Below, in pieces: positions 11,947 to 25,701 of a DNA stretch of 64,000 nucleotides (the first letter of the stretch is position 1; every line of letters starts with the position of its first letter). Source of the stretch: Lepidodermella squamata (Eukaryota > Animalia > Gastrotricha); assembly GCA_047495785.1 (NCBI GenBank), contig JBLDXI010000007.1, forward strand, positions 1,922,001 to 1,986,000. The letters run 5' to 3'. A model generated the notes under the pieces. That model had not been told where the DNA came from, made no database searches, and saw nothing but the letters and a program-made list of their open reading frames with translations. The translations under genes were made by a program, and so were the position numbers.

Positions 11947-13326
11947 ATGGTTATGCAAAGAAGAGGTAAATTTTACGTGAAATTAGTTTATGCATTGATT
12001 AATTGTTATGTGTTTTTAGCAGAGCTCACTCCAGAAAATCAGGATAATTTGAACAGCGTTCTTGAAAAGAAGCGCCGTTTGGTTAACGATATTGATCGAT
12101 ACCAAAAAGACCTGGAGGTCGTCGAAAGTGAGATGGCAGCTTTAGAAGCTGAAGGTGTCTACGATGACGTCGAAGACGAGTAATTCACATTTCATTCTCA
12201 TTTTGCTGGTGCTACGAATTTTCATTTTTCAGGGAGCGTGCGAAAAGATTGAGAGAAGATGCTATCAAGCGATTCAACGCCGATCCCGAGAAAGGCGTCG
12301 ATTTCATGATGAAATCGCGAATCGTACTTGTGCCTTACGACGCCGAGGCTGTTGCCAAGTTTCTTCATGACGAGCCTCGAATTAACAAGCAGAAGCTTGG
12401 CGATTACCTGGGCGAAGGAAAACCGTTCCACGCAAAAGTGCTAGAAGAGTTTGCGCGACTACACGACTTTCGTAATATGCTCATCATTCATGCTCTTCGG
12501 TTAGTGAAATTTGACGAATTTTATCCCGGAAGTTTCCTTATTTTCATCTTTTCATAGTCAATTTTTGTCTTCCTTCCGCTTACCCGGCGAGTCACAAAAA
12601 ATCCAACGCATACTGGAGCATTTTTCTCAACGCTACGTCGAAATGAATGCTAATCAATTTCAAGATAAAGAGTCGTGCTTTTTGCTTTCTTACTTGATAA
12701 TAATGCTCCACACCTCATTACACAACCCACAAGTCCGCGAACGCGATCGAATGACCGCCGACGTTTTCGTCCAACGCGTCAACGACGCGATTAAAGACAA
12801 TTTATCACGCGAATTTCTCGAGTCCGTCTACGATACAGTCAAACGGGATCCGTTCAAAATGACGGATGATGGCGAGTTGGATAGGGCTGAAATATTTTCA
12901 AGTGCCGAGCGGAAAGGCTGGCTCTTCAAAGAAGGCGGCCAAATACGCTCGTGGCACCGGCGTTACTTTGTGCTGAAAGACTCGTGTCTCTACTACTTTT
13001 CCAACGACCAGGACAAGGACCCGAAAGGCATTATTTCGATGGAAGGTCTCGACGTCCGGCCGACTGAAAACTCGACTCGCCAACACTGCTTTGAGATTTT
13101 CTCGAAATTGAATCAAGAGATCAAAATTTGCAAGTTGGACGAGAAAAACGGCAAAACCTGCTACGGTAAGCATCAATCGTACCGACTGTCGGCATCAACC
13201 CCGCGCGAGAAAATGGACTGGATTGAATCTTTACGAAAGGCGACTGTCTGCCAAATCCAGGCCCGCTTCCCGTCGCGGTGCAATCTCCGGAAGAGCAAAT
13301 CTGATCGAAAGCTTACTTTTCAATGA
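11947..13326 (+). CDS. CYTH: Cytohesin (ARNO/GRP1/steppke-like Arf GEF); exons 11947-11965, 12020-12179, 12233-12499, 12558-13326
   Basis: N-terminal coiled coil, Sec7 domain (FRLPGESQKI, IIMLHTSLHNP), PH domain (GWLFKEGG.IRSWHRRYF), basic tail. Confidence 0.93.
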
Positions 13327-16300
13327 TTTATAGTAACCACATCAGGTGCGGATAAGAGCGCTTTCTCACTCTGCTTCTCTCGCAAATTCTTTTTGCCCCG
13401 GCCGCCAGATATTTCAGAGATCTGAAATTGTTAGTTTTCAACAAATTTTAATCCAAAGTAACACGATGCGAATCCTGAGTTTTATATTATCGATCAATTC
13501 TTCCTCCCATTCGGCGTTGTTTTCGTGTTCTTTACTCCTGCTCCACTCACGACGTGTAATGAATAATCAATCAATCACCCTAACCGAAAATCTTGTTTAA
13601 AATGTAGCACCTGCTTCCTTTCTTTGCACCGGATTTTTAAATTTTTAAATTTTGTGTGCGCTCAATGTCTTTTCACTCACACAAATATTGTAATTTAAGC
13701 CAAAGGGAAATGCTTTTTCCTACCGAAATCGTTTAATTTAAGATGATGAAAACAAAACGAGGCTGTGTAATTTTGTTTTTTCGTTTGTTCGTATTTCTTT
13801 TCATTCGACTCGGAGCATCTCTTTTTGATACATTACAATGTGTAATAATCATGATAGCTGATATCTTTTTTTCTTCTAGCTGCAAAATTCCATTGATGAC
13901 TAACATATCTTCAATTCACCTGTAGTCTTCGTCATCTCACTTGTGTGAATGCTAACGTTTTTTACGACTCCGAAAATTCAGTAATAACAAACTGCTCATC
14001 TAGAGAATAAAATCCTGAAATATGTGAAGTATAATATTCTTTTTTCTTGCGTTTCGCTTTTCCTGTCCCGAGTTGAAGCTAATAATCTGTCCTCCAAAAA
14101 AATCGCGAATCTCGTATTATAATTTTATACGTCTTAAGAAACGCCCCGTGGTTCTTTTTGTGAATAAGAGAATTTATTTAGAATATAGCAAAAATACTAT
14201 ATATAAATATAGTGATTATTTTATCTGCGCGTCTTAGCAAAATCCAAATTTAATTGCAATCTGTTCCCGGCTTTTGACGCAATTGAGTGAATAAATTTCA
14301 TTATTATTATAACTATTATTATAATTATTTCTTCTCTTATTATTACTTCTATTATTGTCGGTACAATTAATGATGTAAAACTTGATTCGCATTGAATTGA
14401 GACGAGAAAAAACCATCCGCTTTTCTTATTCTTTTCTTCGATTATATACTTGTTCTTCTCGCTTTTGGCGCGCTAAAAATGATTGAAGGGACGACTTCAG
14501 CGACAACAAAAACTGCAACGAAAAAGTGCTAACACTATATGATGAATTGAAAATTTCCTTGAAAAAAATTGTTAATAATTCTTAGCGGATATATTGATAC
14601 TTGATAATCCGAAATTGATTGTAATAATAAAACTTCGAAAACATTGAAGTGAGACATTGTCTAGTTTTTCAGTTTCGGCGCGTTTATTAAATTTTCTGGC
14701 TGCATATTTCCGCATATTTCCGAGGGGCGTGTGGCAGTAATAAAGTTTCGGCCGTCTCATTATTATTATTTAGGATGGCTCAAATGGGCATTATGCTAGC
14801 CAACATGTGGGCCGTGGATTTAACGGCGCCAGTGTTTTATGATCATATTGTTATTAACATTACCAAAGACTGGGCGATAGCATTTGTTTTAACCATATTT
14901 GCCTCTTTTTATATCGTCGAGCGGCTTTTCTTTTGTGAAAAGGAAGCGCTAAGCAGCAACACACACATACAAAGATAATATGATGCCGCTGATATAATAT
15001 CACCGTAATTTATAGCCGTTTTGTTTCCGTTTCCGTATTGTTAGCTGTTTTTGGCTCGGATCCATATCATCACGCATTTCGATCAATGGGAAGACGCCAG
15101 AATGAGCGTCACAGTGTGAGAATAAAATAGGACGCCCATTCATTCGTCAATTCATTCAATATTATACTAATATAAAGATTTAACGATGAAAATAGCAATT
15201 TCACTTCCGCAGTGTTTACGATAAAACTTTGCCTAAACAATATTTATTCTGCATTTCGCCTTATTGCATTATCTGTCCCGGTTTTGTCGCGCGGAGCTAT
15301 TTTTGCATCGCAGCAAAACAAGCTATTATGACGGGGAGAAATGGCCGCAGGGATGCGCTGGCAACGGACATTTCACTGTATATTACGGGCCGTTTGACCG
15401 ATCATCGGCCACCGAGCGTAAAAAGCTACGCTATCAATTTTTCCAGTTCAAAATATCCCAGGAGGCGTCGGGTATTGTCCGAAAAAAATCAACTCGGGGA
15501 AATATTTTTGCATAATATGTGAGATGGAAATCGTCGTTGGTGGGGCTAGAAGTCCCATCTCTGCTCAATATCGAAATTTTGAAGTTTCTGCCTCAGTTTT
15601 TCACGCTGGTCAATAATCTGAAAACCGCATCAAAAAATTTGCCAGGGATCAAAGGTCCTATTTCCACTTTCGTGGATTTTTTCGAGTTCATCTTTTTCCG
15701 CATGAAAAATCCTACCTAAAGGTGACTAATACCACATTCGTCAAAAGATCTCCATGGCACGAGTGCGAACAGGGCATTATAAAAGTGCTATGTGCAGCAT
15801 GAAAATTATTCAGCCTCGACAAAAATGATGATGGCTCAAACAAATCGCAAGCCAAAATTAAGAATGCGCGAGGACTCGAGCTACAAATGTACAAAAACGT
15901 GAACAATAAATAAAATAATCTAAAAAAGAGTCCTATCTACAACAAATGTCCCTATAGCGCGATTACAATGCGTCTTCGGTCGAAATGGCTGGCACCATAC
16001 GATCAGCCGGGTTTGATTACCCCTAAATTGAAAATTGAAAATAAAGCTCCTTTTTATTTACCTCAAAATCAAGCCTCTTGGAGATGAGGTAGAGAGTATC
16101 GGATCTGCAGAAAGATATGTTGAAAGTTGAAGGTGTGATAGGCCGATTAATTACGTAAGCTACTGACCGCAAAATATCGGCAAATTGTATTGATCAGATT
16201 TTGATGTACTCAAACTGCCATTTCTTACGAACCTATATTATAATAAATAAATAATCATTCGCAAGCAAGATAAATACAATATTAGCCGCCACCCAGTGTA

Positions 16301-16910
16301 AATCATACCAATATCGGAGAGTTGAATTGTCATTTAACCGTTGTTACATTTTGTTGCAAAAGCGCGCATTTTTTATTACACACAGGTAAATATTGGCTTA
16401 ATGAACCCCGCTAATTATTACGTAGGCTGGTAGTATAACAATAAAAAACCGATCACATTTTTTCCAGCCCAGTGAAATGTTATCGACTTTTATACCAACA
16501 ATAATACTCATCTACTGTTTTTTCGAGTACATTTTTGTCTCGTTTCAAGCCAAACAAGTTTTACCCATACCTTCGCCGGGCACAGGCCACTTGTTGGGCG
16601 GCTTGAAACAATACCGGGTGTTTACCGAAAGGCCTTTGACTTGTCACGGTCGAATAAATTTTCACACATCCACCATAGTCTGCTGTTTGTTTGCGCTGTA
16701 GCTAGACGGTGTATATCCGGTTAAAAATACATACCTTATATTGAAAAAACCAGCCCGGCGTCAAAAAAGTAGCCATTCGTGCGTAAATTCCTCGCTGGCT
16801 TATATACAGCTACACCTGTTGCTATTCTGCAATATAATACAGCGATGAAAAGTTTGCTGTTTTGGCTGGTTCTTCGTCGATTGCTACGCTATCAAAAAGA
16901 CACGGCTAAA

Positions 16911-18778
16911 ATGTCGGCAACATCGCCTCCCAACTACAAAAATTTCCCACCACCTCATCGCCATCAAGTCTGCAGATGTCTAAATCACGCCTACCCCACA
17001 AGCGCCTCGGATCCTGCTGAGATAGCCGCTTGTACGAAGCGGAACAAGGAAAATCGAAGGAATTTCTTTGAACAATCGAAATCGCGAACACTGACGGGTA
17101 AAACTAACCTGGAACCTCCAGAATCAGCTTTTGGCTATCAGAAGTATCCATGGACCCCGGCTTTCCAAGGTCCACCCGGCGAATCATTCGAAATGATTGA
17201 TAAGCGCTTGTCTGTGGCTATTCTCAGCCCGGCTGATTCGCCCCTAACGTCAGTGATTGGTTCGAAAAGTCGAGGCCAGGAAAATCATATTCCGATCGAC
17301 CAGCTGCGGAAAAACCTGGAAAATGTGCTGATTACTAAATCGAAATCATCCGGTAACCTGCTGAAAGAGAACTTCGGCCCAACTTTCGACGAGAATAATA
17401 CGAGGAAGATAACTATTAGATCCGGTGAATCTTCACTTAGCGTTAACCATTCATCAAATGCGGTCATATCGGCTTTGAAGGCTGAAAGTAGCCAGCTTTT
17501 CGGAAGCTTGGAGCGACGAAAATTGACCAAGCCCCAATTATTCTCTGGCCTGCAAAGTGCTGGTAAGGTTCCGAGTGTTCCGGCTATAACCGTTGAAGAG
17601 CCTCGCAACAGCGGAAACCTCAACAACCCATCTTCCCAAATCACAATTGTTGAACGAAGGGAAGTTTACGAAGAAGTACTGGAATCAAGAAAATCGGTCA
17701 ATGCTCATCGCGAAATCGGGGAGAATTCGAAGCAAACTCGATTAAATGTTCCGGGATATGAGCTTCAAATTGGTGACGGCCATTCGATAAAACCAGGGAA
17801 TGATTTCGAGAGAGACATTTTTAACAGTCCTAATCGAACATCAGGCTATCAGGAGAAATCGGGCCAACAGATTCCCCGCATAAAGATCGAAAATGCATAT
17901 TCTCAGATATTTTCTTCGAATTCCGTTGCCATCCAAGACTCAAGAGGACATGAACGATTGACACGTGATAGCCATTATACCAAAACGCAATCCAAATCTC
18001 AACAATCAACTTACAACAACTTAACATTGGATTTCAGCAAGGTCGGAGTTGCTGTTGGGAACCAACAACAGGCGTTCAAGAGCAGCGAGCGAAGAAATCT
18101 TATACCACCTTTGCCGTTCATACCATCTCCTGAATTGGCCGACATCAGGCTGGCCCCTCAAACCTCTCAAGAGCAACCAGCCCGCCAGTTCGATGACATC
18201 CATTATACTCCGGAAACCATGGTAAAGTTTGCGGGAAACAAAAATCCCGAGATTGCCGTACCTGTTGAAGCTAATCAAACGCCAAAACGGATAAAGAAAA
18301 CGGTCCAGCTGAGTGATTCGATATCTTCCATCGAGCCGGAAAATGACTGCTCATCTTCAAGAGGACGTTCGAGTCGAGTTCGTCGGTTGGCATCCGCTGG
18401 ATCCTTGCCCCAGTTCTCAAACGATTCCCCAGTCCAATCTCGTAAATCTTCGTTGGGAAGTGCTGTATCGTCTCGACCACGATTCAGCACCTCATCGTCG
18501 TTATCATCAAGTGATGGGTTGAATTCTAGCAGAAGGTCGTTCCGTCAATGCTAGTGAGTCATTTCGCGACTGTGATTTTTTCCGGCTAGGTGACATTTTT
18601 TGTACTTTTTTTAAGCGCTTGCGAAAAGTTGTCCAGCCACGACGGTGTCTCATGCGGTTCGAAAACTCCTCCCAGAAAACGTTCGACCTCTAGATCCGGA
18701 ACGAATACCTCTGCCGTAAACTCAAGCCCAGAAACAGCTGCCTCCCCGCATCCTTCCTTGTCAAAAAAGTCCTCATAA
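16911..18778 (+). CDS. Ser/Pro-rich, largely disordered protein of unknown family; exons ~16911-18553, 18616-18778
   Basis: ORF of >540 codons. The apparent TAG is split by a GTGAGT..AAG intron (TA|C) that continues in frame to 18778. Confidence 0.7.
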
Positions 18779-19291
18779 ACTGTATCTATTCTGTAGTGAA
18801 TTGTGATGTAATTTGTATTACTTGATTGCAGTGCAATTTTCAAGTATAAATATCAAATGAAGTTTTTTCTCTTTTGTACTTATATTCCACGCTTATAATT
18901 CGGAAAAACCAGTTATCCTATTCGGGACCTGAAAGATGCCGAGAACCTGCGGAGAATCTGTAGATGTTGATACCTCATGTTAAAAATAGCTGAGAAAAGC
19001 AGAACATCAGAATCTAGTGTTGCAACAGCTATTTCCTTTTGTCACTTCTTTTTTAATTACTATTTTAAAGCCAGCACATACCTGGAACGAAAGAAGTCAT
19101 GGCTTTTAGTACTTCGCTATCGTCATCCGCACCGGCCTATTCATCTAATGAGCGAAAACAAAAAATGTGGCAAAAGCGCATACAAGTGCGGAGTCAGGAT
19201 GTGCAATAAGTTGAAGATCCCAGTACAAGCAGGCATGTGGAGCGTTTTGTTACGAAAAACTTAATTTTTTACCAGCTATCTCGTCACCACC

Positions 19292-20538
19292 ATGAACTCA
19301 ATGTCACAGACCAATCAGCTATTACTGTTGGCAATTTTCAGTGCAATCACGCTAGTGGCAGCTCAAAATAAAACGGTTTGATCAATTTTTTGATCATGAG
19401 CACTGAAATTCTATTAAATTCAACCAGACGACATTACGCAATAACGTTGTAGTATGCCGATTGCCACGAGAACCGATTTACGGCACTCTTAGCGACAGCA
19501 ACTTTCCTCTAACTCCTGGGACTTTCGTTTCCCCCGGCATGCAAGTAGTCCTGCGATGCACGTTCGGTCTCGAAAGCGGTTTTCCTCAATCTCTATGCCT
19601 TGATTCTGGAGACCTCATTCCGCAACTTGGGAAGTGCAGAGCGCCCCCACCCACGACAGTAGCTCCTAGCAGTCCTTCAAGAGACATCGTGGTAATTAAC
19701 TGCCTAAGGAAAATTTAAATTTTAAATATTTTCAATCTATCCAAGTGTCGGGTTCCGGCGATCGAAAATGGGAGACTACTTTACCTCGGGCAACCTGTTG
19801 GGGCGGATTCATCATTCCCTGTAGCTACTACACTTCTGGCAACGTGCCGAGAGGGTTATGCCATCTCTAGTGATGCTCGAGTGGTTTGCCTAGCAACTGG
19901 CGCATGGCTTGGCGTGCCAAATTGTGACCCAATCACTAATTGCCCTCTTGGGTTGAACTCGGGTGTAGAAAATGGTCTTGTTTGGTCTGGGAGTTCGAAA
20001 GTTGGGGCGAGGCGTAATGTGACATGTTATGAAGGTTACGCTATCAGCGGTCCAGATTTCATCACCTGTGGCTCAAACGGAGTTTGGAGCGCACCGGGCA
20101 GGTAGAACCTTGCAGACTCCGTCGCTTAGAGAAAAATCAAATAATTCAATTAATAAGGTGTGTTTTCATTGGGCCAACATCAACGCCGAGCGACATTAAG
20201 CAGACACAAGTTGCGATTGTTACTGCTCCGGCATCCGGTTCTATCACTGCTAAGCCTAGCCCCAGAACTAGACCAATGCGTTCGACTAAATCAATAAATC
20301 TAGCTACGACACTTGATGACGATGGTCCGGTTACAATATTTATTGAAGGTGGGTCATTGAATTTTCATTGAAAACGGGTAAGCACTTTATTTCCCCCGCT
20401 TCAGGACCGGCACCAAGGGGGCCAACGACGCCAGCTCCAATGATGAATCCATGGATTGTGATCGCTTTAACATTTGGCTTGGTTCTTCTTTTCACTTTGT
20501 TAGCAGCAGGTATTGTGCTAGGCTGCATGTATTGTTGA
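19292..20538 (+). CDS. Type I membrane protein: signal peptide, three Sushi/CCP domains, S/T/P stalk, C-terminal TM; exons 19292-19375, 19428-19691, 19746-20101, 20158-20348, 20405-20538
   Basis: CCP patterns such as CRVPAIENG..TCREGY..CLATGAW..PNC and VENG..TCYEGY.ISGP..ITCGSNGVWS. Hydrophobic WIVIALTFGLVLLFTLLAAGIVLG followed by CMYC*. Confidence 0.82.
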
Positions 20539-21384
20539 TGCTAAAAATGATAAAATAAAAAGGTAAATAAAACGAAAAAATTCAGATGATTATTTTTGAT
20601 GAAGTTTTTTTTAGCCACATGATGACTGGAAGGTACGGCTAAGTTCAATAAATATCCACCACCTACCACGCGTGCAGTACCTATTTTTGCATACTTCGTC
20701 AATTTATGTAATTTAGCCTCGGTAAATGTTGAGTTGTTGGCAATGTGAGAAATCGGTCGACTGTGTGACCTTAGCTACTAACCTAGTTCCCAGGCCAAAT
20801 TACTCAGTTCCCGATTGAAGTTCCCGAAAAGTTGCGTGATTATCAAAAATCTTGATCTTCATGCTTTTATTTTGATTTACACAATTTTATCGTCGTGCGT
20901 TAGCGCGCGTGAACAGCATAGAATGGTTTTTTATTATGACCAGATTGCGAAGTCTGCTGGGTCAAATAAGAGATCGTAATAAAACCCCGCGCTTTTGCTC
21001 GACACCTCACGTCAAGTAATAATCTATTCGATATTGCCCAAAGACCTCGTGCTTTCAGGCTGTTCACACATTGCAGCAACACCGATTTATTACGCCTAAA
21101 ATCGCACAATACCGTCGAATTTCCTCTCTACTTCATTATTAGTACCTGTTGTCTGGATTTATCTGCACCTCTTTATAGTAATCTGCCCAGCAAAGGAAAA
21201 ATGAATCGGCGTGAGATAGCGTTTTGATAAAAAGCCGCGGCGGTAATTTAAGCCACCGTAAGTGGCCTATCTTGCCGCATGAAGAGCTCTAACGTTTTTT
21301 GGCGAGAAAAACCGGCTACCAGATATTTTTATTTTACGTCCCAACCGCCCCTTTATATATCATTTTAGAAAAGTTAGATTCACG

Positions 21385-24114
21385 ATGTTCAACGCAAGTT
21401 TGAGCGCTTACACTGATGCACAGCGTATTTTGGATACGCTAGGCGATGACGAAATGGCTGGGTTCAAAACCCTTCGAACCCCGAAGCTTGTGTTTATCGG
21501 CATGCAGTCGCATGGCAAGTCATCGACTGTCGAAACACTAGTAGGAATCGAAATGTTGCCGAAGGGTCGCGAGACGGTCACCAAGTGTCCGCTGGAAATC
21601 AAACTCTTGCCGCGTACAACTCCACATCCAGGTAGAATATTATCCGGCTATTAAAATTTTACCTTCAATTGTTTAAAATTTTTCACAGAATTCGGTGATG
21701 TCAATTGGGCAAAGTTGACTATTTACGACAATGAGCAAAAAATCACCAAAACGGTTGAAGCTAGCTCAATTTCCAATCAGATTCGTGAGTTCAGCGCTAC
21801 CCTCGCTCCGGAGTGTGACCAGTTGTCAAAAATGCCGATTCTTATGGATTTGCACGTGAAAGACGCCGCCCCATTGTCTTTCGTCGATCTGCCTGGTTTG
21901 TTGTTCGACGGTCGTAAGCAGAACGAGAAGGATATCTCGGAATTTATCGTCGAATTGTGGAAAAGTTATGCAAGTTCCAAGGAAACTACAATTGTGCTGG
22001 TGGCTTCTGCGACCGAGGATTACAAAGCAAATCGCGCCTTCGTCTTCGCGAAAGAAGTCGATGACAGTGGTGGCCGAACGTGCATAGTTTTGACAAAGCT
22101 GGACATGGCCGATGTTGGAAGCGTTCAAAAGATGCTGCTTGACGAGAATGCGGCTGATGTCGCGAAGCTTGGCGTTATTGGTGTCATGAATCGTTCGCAA
22201 AAGGAATTGGACGCCGGAGTGCCTTTAGGAGCGGCTTTGAAGAAGGAAGAGAGCTGGCTGAAGGAAAATTTGGGAGCTTCAGTGGCTAGCAAGCAAGGAT
22301 CCCGAAACTTGGCCGACTTGCTTGGCAAAGTAGGATTCATCATAACTTCATTTTTTTCAAATTCCACACTCCAGTCGTAGCTTTCTACGTTTTATTCCGT
22401 AGAACCGATAGTTTTCAATATAAAAAATCCTATCAATTGTCGAAGGTTGGACACCTTAATTTGGGATTACAGCACTAAATTTGAGGCTTCAGCACCTGAT
22501 TTCACCAAAATATGGTAACTCGAATTTTTTTATCCTCGGTTTAACCGAAGAAATAAAAAATTAACCAGAGAAAACCCGGAAAACCCCGATGGTAACTGGT
22601 TCGGTAATTTTCGGGATTTTACACGGTTGGACCAACGTTCTCCGGACTTTTTCAATTCCATTAGCAAGTGACATACTTGATTACTATTCTCTTGGGTTTT
22701 TTTATTTTTCTAAAAATTGTCTGGCCATGAGAAGATGTGACTTCGTCTCTCATTTTAGAGTTTCTGAACCCTTTTCTTTGCTTGCGTTACTTATGCGACA
22801 CGCTGTAATTTCTTGTTTTCTTGCAGATTCTGTGGACTAGAATCAAGGAAGCCCTTCCGGATGTTATTAAGGAAATCGACTACAGGCTGAACGCTTATAA
22901 AGCCGAGAGTAAAGCGCTTGGTCCTGAGCAGAATTTCGACGAAAATGTTTGTTTTCAATTTTTCATTTTTTAAATATTATTTTTTATCATTCATTTAGCT
23001 TGCTTTGGCTGTCGAAATTACAATGGAATACTCCGAAGCCTACCGTTTCGCCATTACCGGCCATCGGTCGTGTGAAACTGGACGGGTAATAACGGGCATT
23101 CGCCCTACGATCACTAACAAAATACGCGAGGCGTTTGAGGTGCTGCTTCCGGAGACATTGGAAACACAAGGAAAAGCACTGACCAATGAGCAGTATCGAA
23201 TTATCATAGGAAATCTCACTGTTTGTTTTCAAAATTTATCTCTTTTTGCGTTGAAATTTTTCTCACAGGGCTACACTAGCCGCCAACAAATTTTGAAGAA
23301 AGCTGTGCGTGAAATTGTCCGTAAAATGTTGAGCGACTTCGCCCTTGCCGCTAATTCGTGCCTCGAAAATGTCAATGGGCTGATGATGAGCGAGGTAGAT
23401 GAGTGCATCAACCTTAACCCGGGCCTCGAGGCGAAATTTCAGCGCCTACCGCTTCTTCGCGGGCGATTGATGGAGCGGACTAACGATTTGCTAGCAGAGA
23501 AGTTCGAAGCTGCCGCTACTGCTGTTGAGGACCTCGCCTCGCGAGACCTGAAGCGATTTATCTCTGAGGATGAGTTGCGCGAAAAAGTAGCGGCTATGGC
23601 CGAGCACCGGGCTGAGAGAATGAGTCAGCTCTCTGAAGGTAAAAGTCCCTTCATATTCGCTGAATTTAATTTTTTATATTTTCAAGGTTCGAGTCACGGC
23701 GAAGAAAAAGAAGAGAATGAGAGCGTAATTCGACTGGATCAAATTTCGTTCGAAGATACGAGTGAGTCGTGGTTTTATCATCCTATTGCATTCACAATCA
23801 AAATTTGTTATTCAGAGGAATTGTCTCAGCAATATATGGCGAAAATTCGTGAGGAAATACGAAAGGAAATCGTTCAAACAATTTCGCTGCATTTTGTTGA
23901 GAGCTCTTGCCGAGAATTATGCAAAACGCTATTGCAAGATTGGATAAAAGCTGTTCCTGATCCAGAACGCCAGTCAGAGCTCTTCTCTGAGGACGAGGGC
24001 ATCACTCAGCGTCGGGTTGAACTGAAGAAACTCGTCGATCAGTACCGAGACGCGAAAACGAAGCTGAGCAACTTAAGCACGATGAGTGCGCCGAAATCTA
24101 AGAAAGCTAAGTGA
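21385..24114 (+). CDS. Divergent dynamin-superfamily GTPase (Drp1/Mx-like; no PH or PRD); exons 21385-21631, 21689-22329, 22827-22946, 22999-23220, 23269-23638, 23687-23761, 23816-24114
   Basis: G1 GMQSHGKSS, G2 LPKGRETVTKCP, G3 VDLPG, G4 LTKLD, then VMNRSQ, a helical middle domain and a GED-like LFSEDEGITQRRVEL. Confidence 0.88.
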
Positions 24115-24643
24115 ATTGCTTTCGTCAAATAGCCACATGACTTCATCATAATGACTTGATTGTTGGTTGACTTGAAACTTGAGTTCAGCATTCAACTTGT
24201 CAAAGTTTGCTTTTTTTTCGCGTGATGCATGATACTATTCGTTTCTTGAATATATTTCTACCGAGTGATTGAGAGTGATGCCTCTGAATTTATAATCGAT
24301 ATCGGACGAATGAGGTGAAGAGGGCAAATGCTGCAAGATGCTGCCATTTAGCACGCACACATGTGAAACTTTGTGTGCCATATCATTTACTCAGTAAAAC
24401 AGTTGCAATATAATAATTCGGTGGGCGCTCTATGGCGCTCTGGCTCGGTGTTTAGGGTTCTAAGGAGCAAAAAGGGCCGCTACTAATTGACGCTGGTGTC
24501 ACTTCTCAACTATCGGGTCCAGAATCATAAGTCGCGTAGGCCAGTTTTATTCTGAAAAAACCATAGATGAAATTTCCTGGAAATATGTAGTCCCTCGAGG
24601 GCAGCTCCCGTGTAATAAATAAGTAAGAAGCACTGCACGTCTA

Positions 24644-25182
24644 AGTTGCGTTTTTTATGGTGTCCGGAAAGCTATTGTTCGACGTTGTGATCAATTCTTC
24701 GAACATCTCCGCAACACAGAAATAACAATCAAGTAATTAGGCCGGAGCTGTCCGAGCTCGAGAGGCAAACAGCTAAGACTAATCACGCCCCGACTTGATT
24801 AGATTAAGCCTTGACAAATCGAGACATGGTTGTAATTAATTTACTCCATAGCGCCATATGACCCTCGTTAATTTATGACGACGTGCCATACGGTCAGTTT
24901 TTAGCCAAACGTCGGAGGGAAGCATTTTTTATTTCGTCGGCACGATCCGCGAAAATCGAGAGAAATATTGATTTTTTGAAATTTTTTGAAATTTACCGAA
25001 AATTCTCAATTTTAACTGTCAACTGGCGATTATTTTGAATCCAAACTTGTCAAAAAATCCGTAGTTCAATATTTCTGAATTTAAAGTTAAACGATTGCTT
25101 TGAAAAGCATAAGCTAAGTTATGTGTGTCATCTGGTCTTAATTGTCATAATTAGCCCGCGGACACCATAAAAAACGCAACTC
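24644..25182. mobile_element. Non-autonomous DNA transposon (MITE-like), ~540 bp
   Basis: Perfect 23-bp terminal inverted repeat AGTTGCGTTTTTTATGGTGTCCG (24644-24666 / 25159-25181), TA on each flank, no coding capacity. Confidence 0.75.
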
Positions 25183-25701
25183 TACTAAAAATCTTCAGTG
25201 GTTTTGCAATGAAGGAAATGAATTAAGTTCAATTAAATTTTTCCTGCGAATTCACTCAAACTTAAAACCGAATTCAAATACCTGGAGGCTCTAAGCCCCT
25301 CTAAAACCGATAATTGATGATGACCGAAAATTAATAGAACCTATCCCAAGTTTTGCGGCATTTTTCGTGGTAACAAAATGTTGCTAGTTGATCTTGGGAT
25401 AAAAGGCTATCGGCTTTGGGAATCGGTCGAGTTGGGTGCAGAACCTGGGAATGCTCTTTGATCCAAGTTCGCACTGGAGGCCCGAATTGGGTAATTAAAT
25501 ACAAAAATAGCAGCTTTCATTCCTGCTCCATAGAATTGTCACCAATCCGTTTCCGCCTGAAGTATTTCGGCGAAACCTTTCTGGGACATGTTTTACATTT
25601 CAGCTGGCTTTCAACTCAGCTTGGAACTGCTTCATAGTTCATTCTACGGTCTCTCTATGCTTCAATTATGGATCTTATTTCTCACCTCCGAGGTTTCAAT
25701 A

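Noticed and set aside
15479-15700. Imperfect inverted repeat suggesting a MITE remnant; similar palindrome at 22570-22620
   Set aside because: Too short and degenerate, with no definable termini or TSD.
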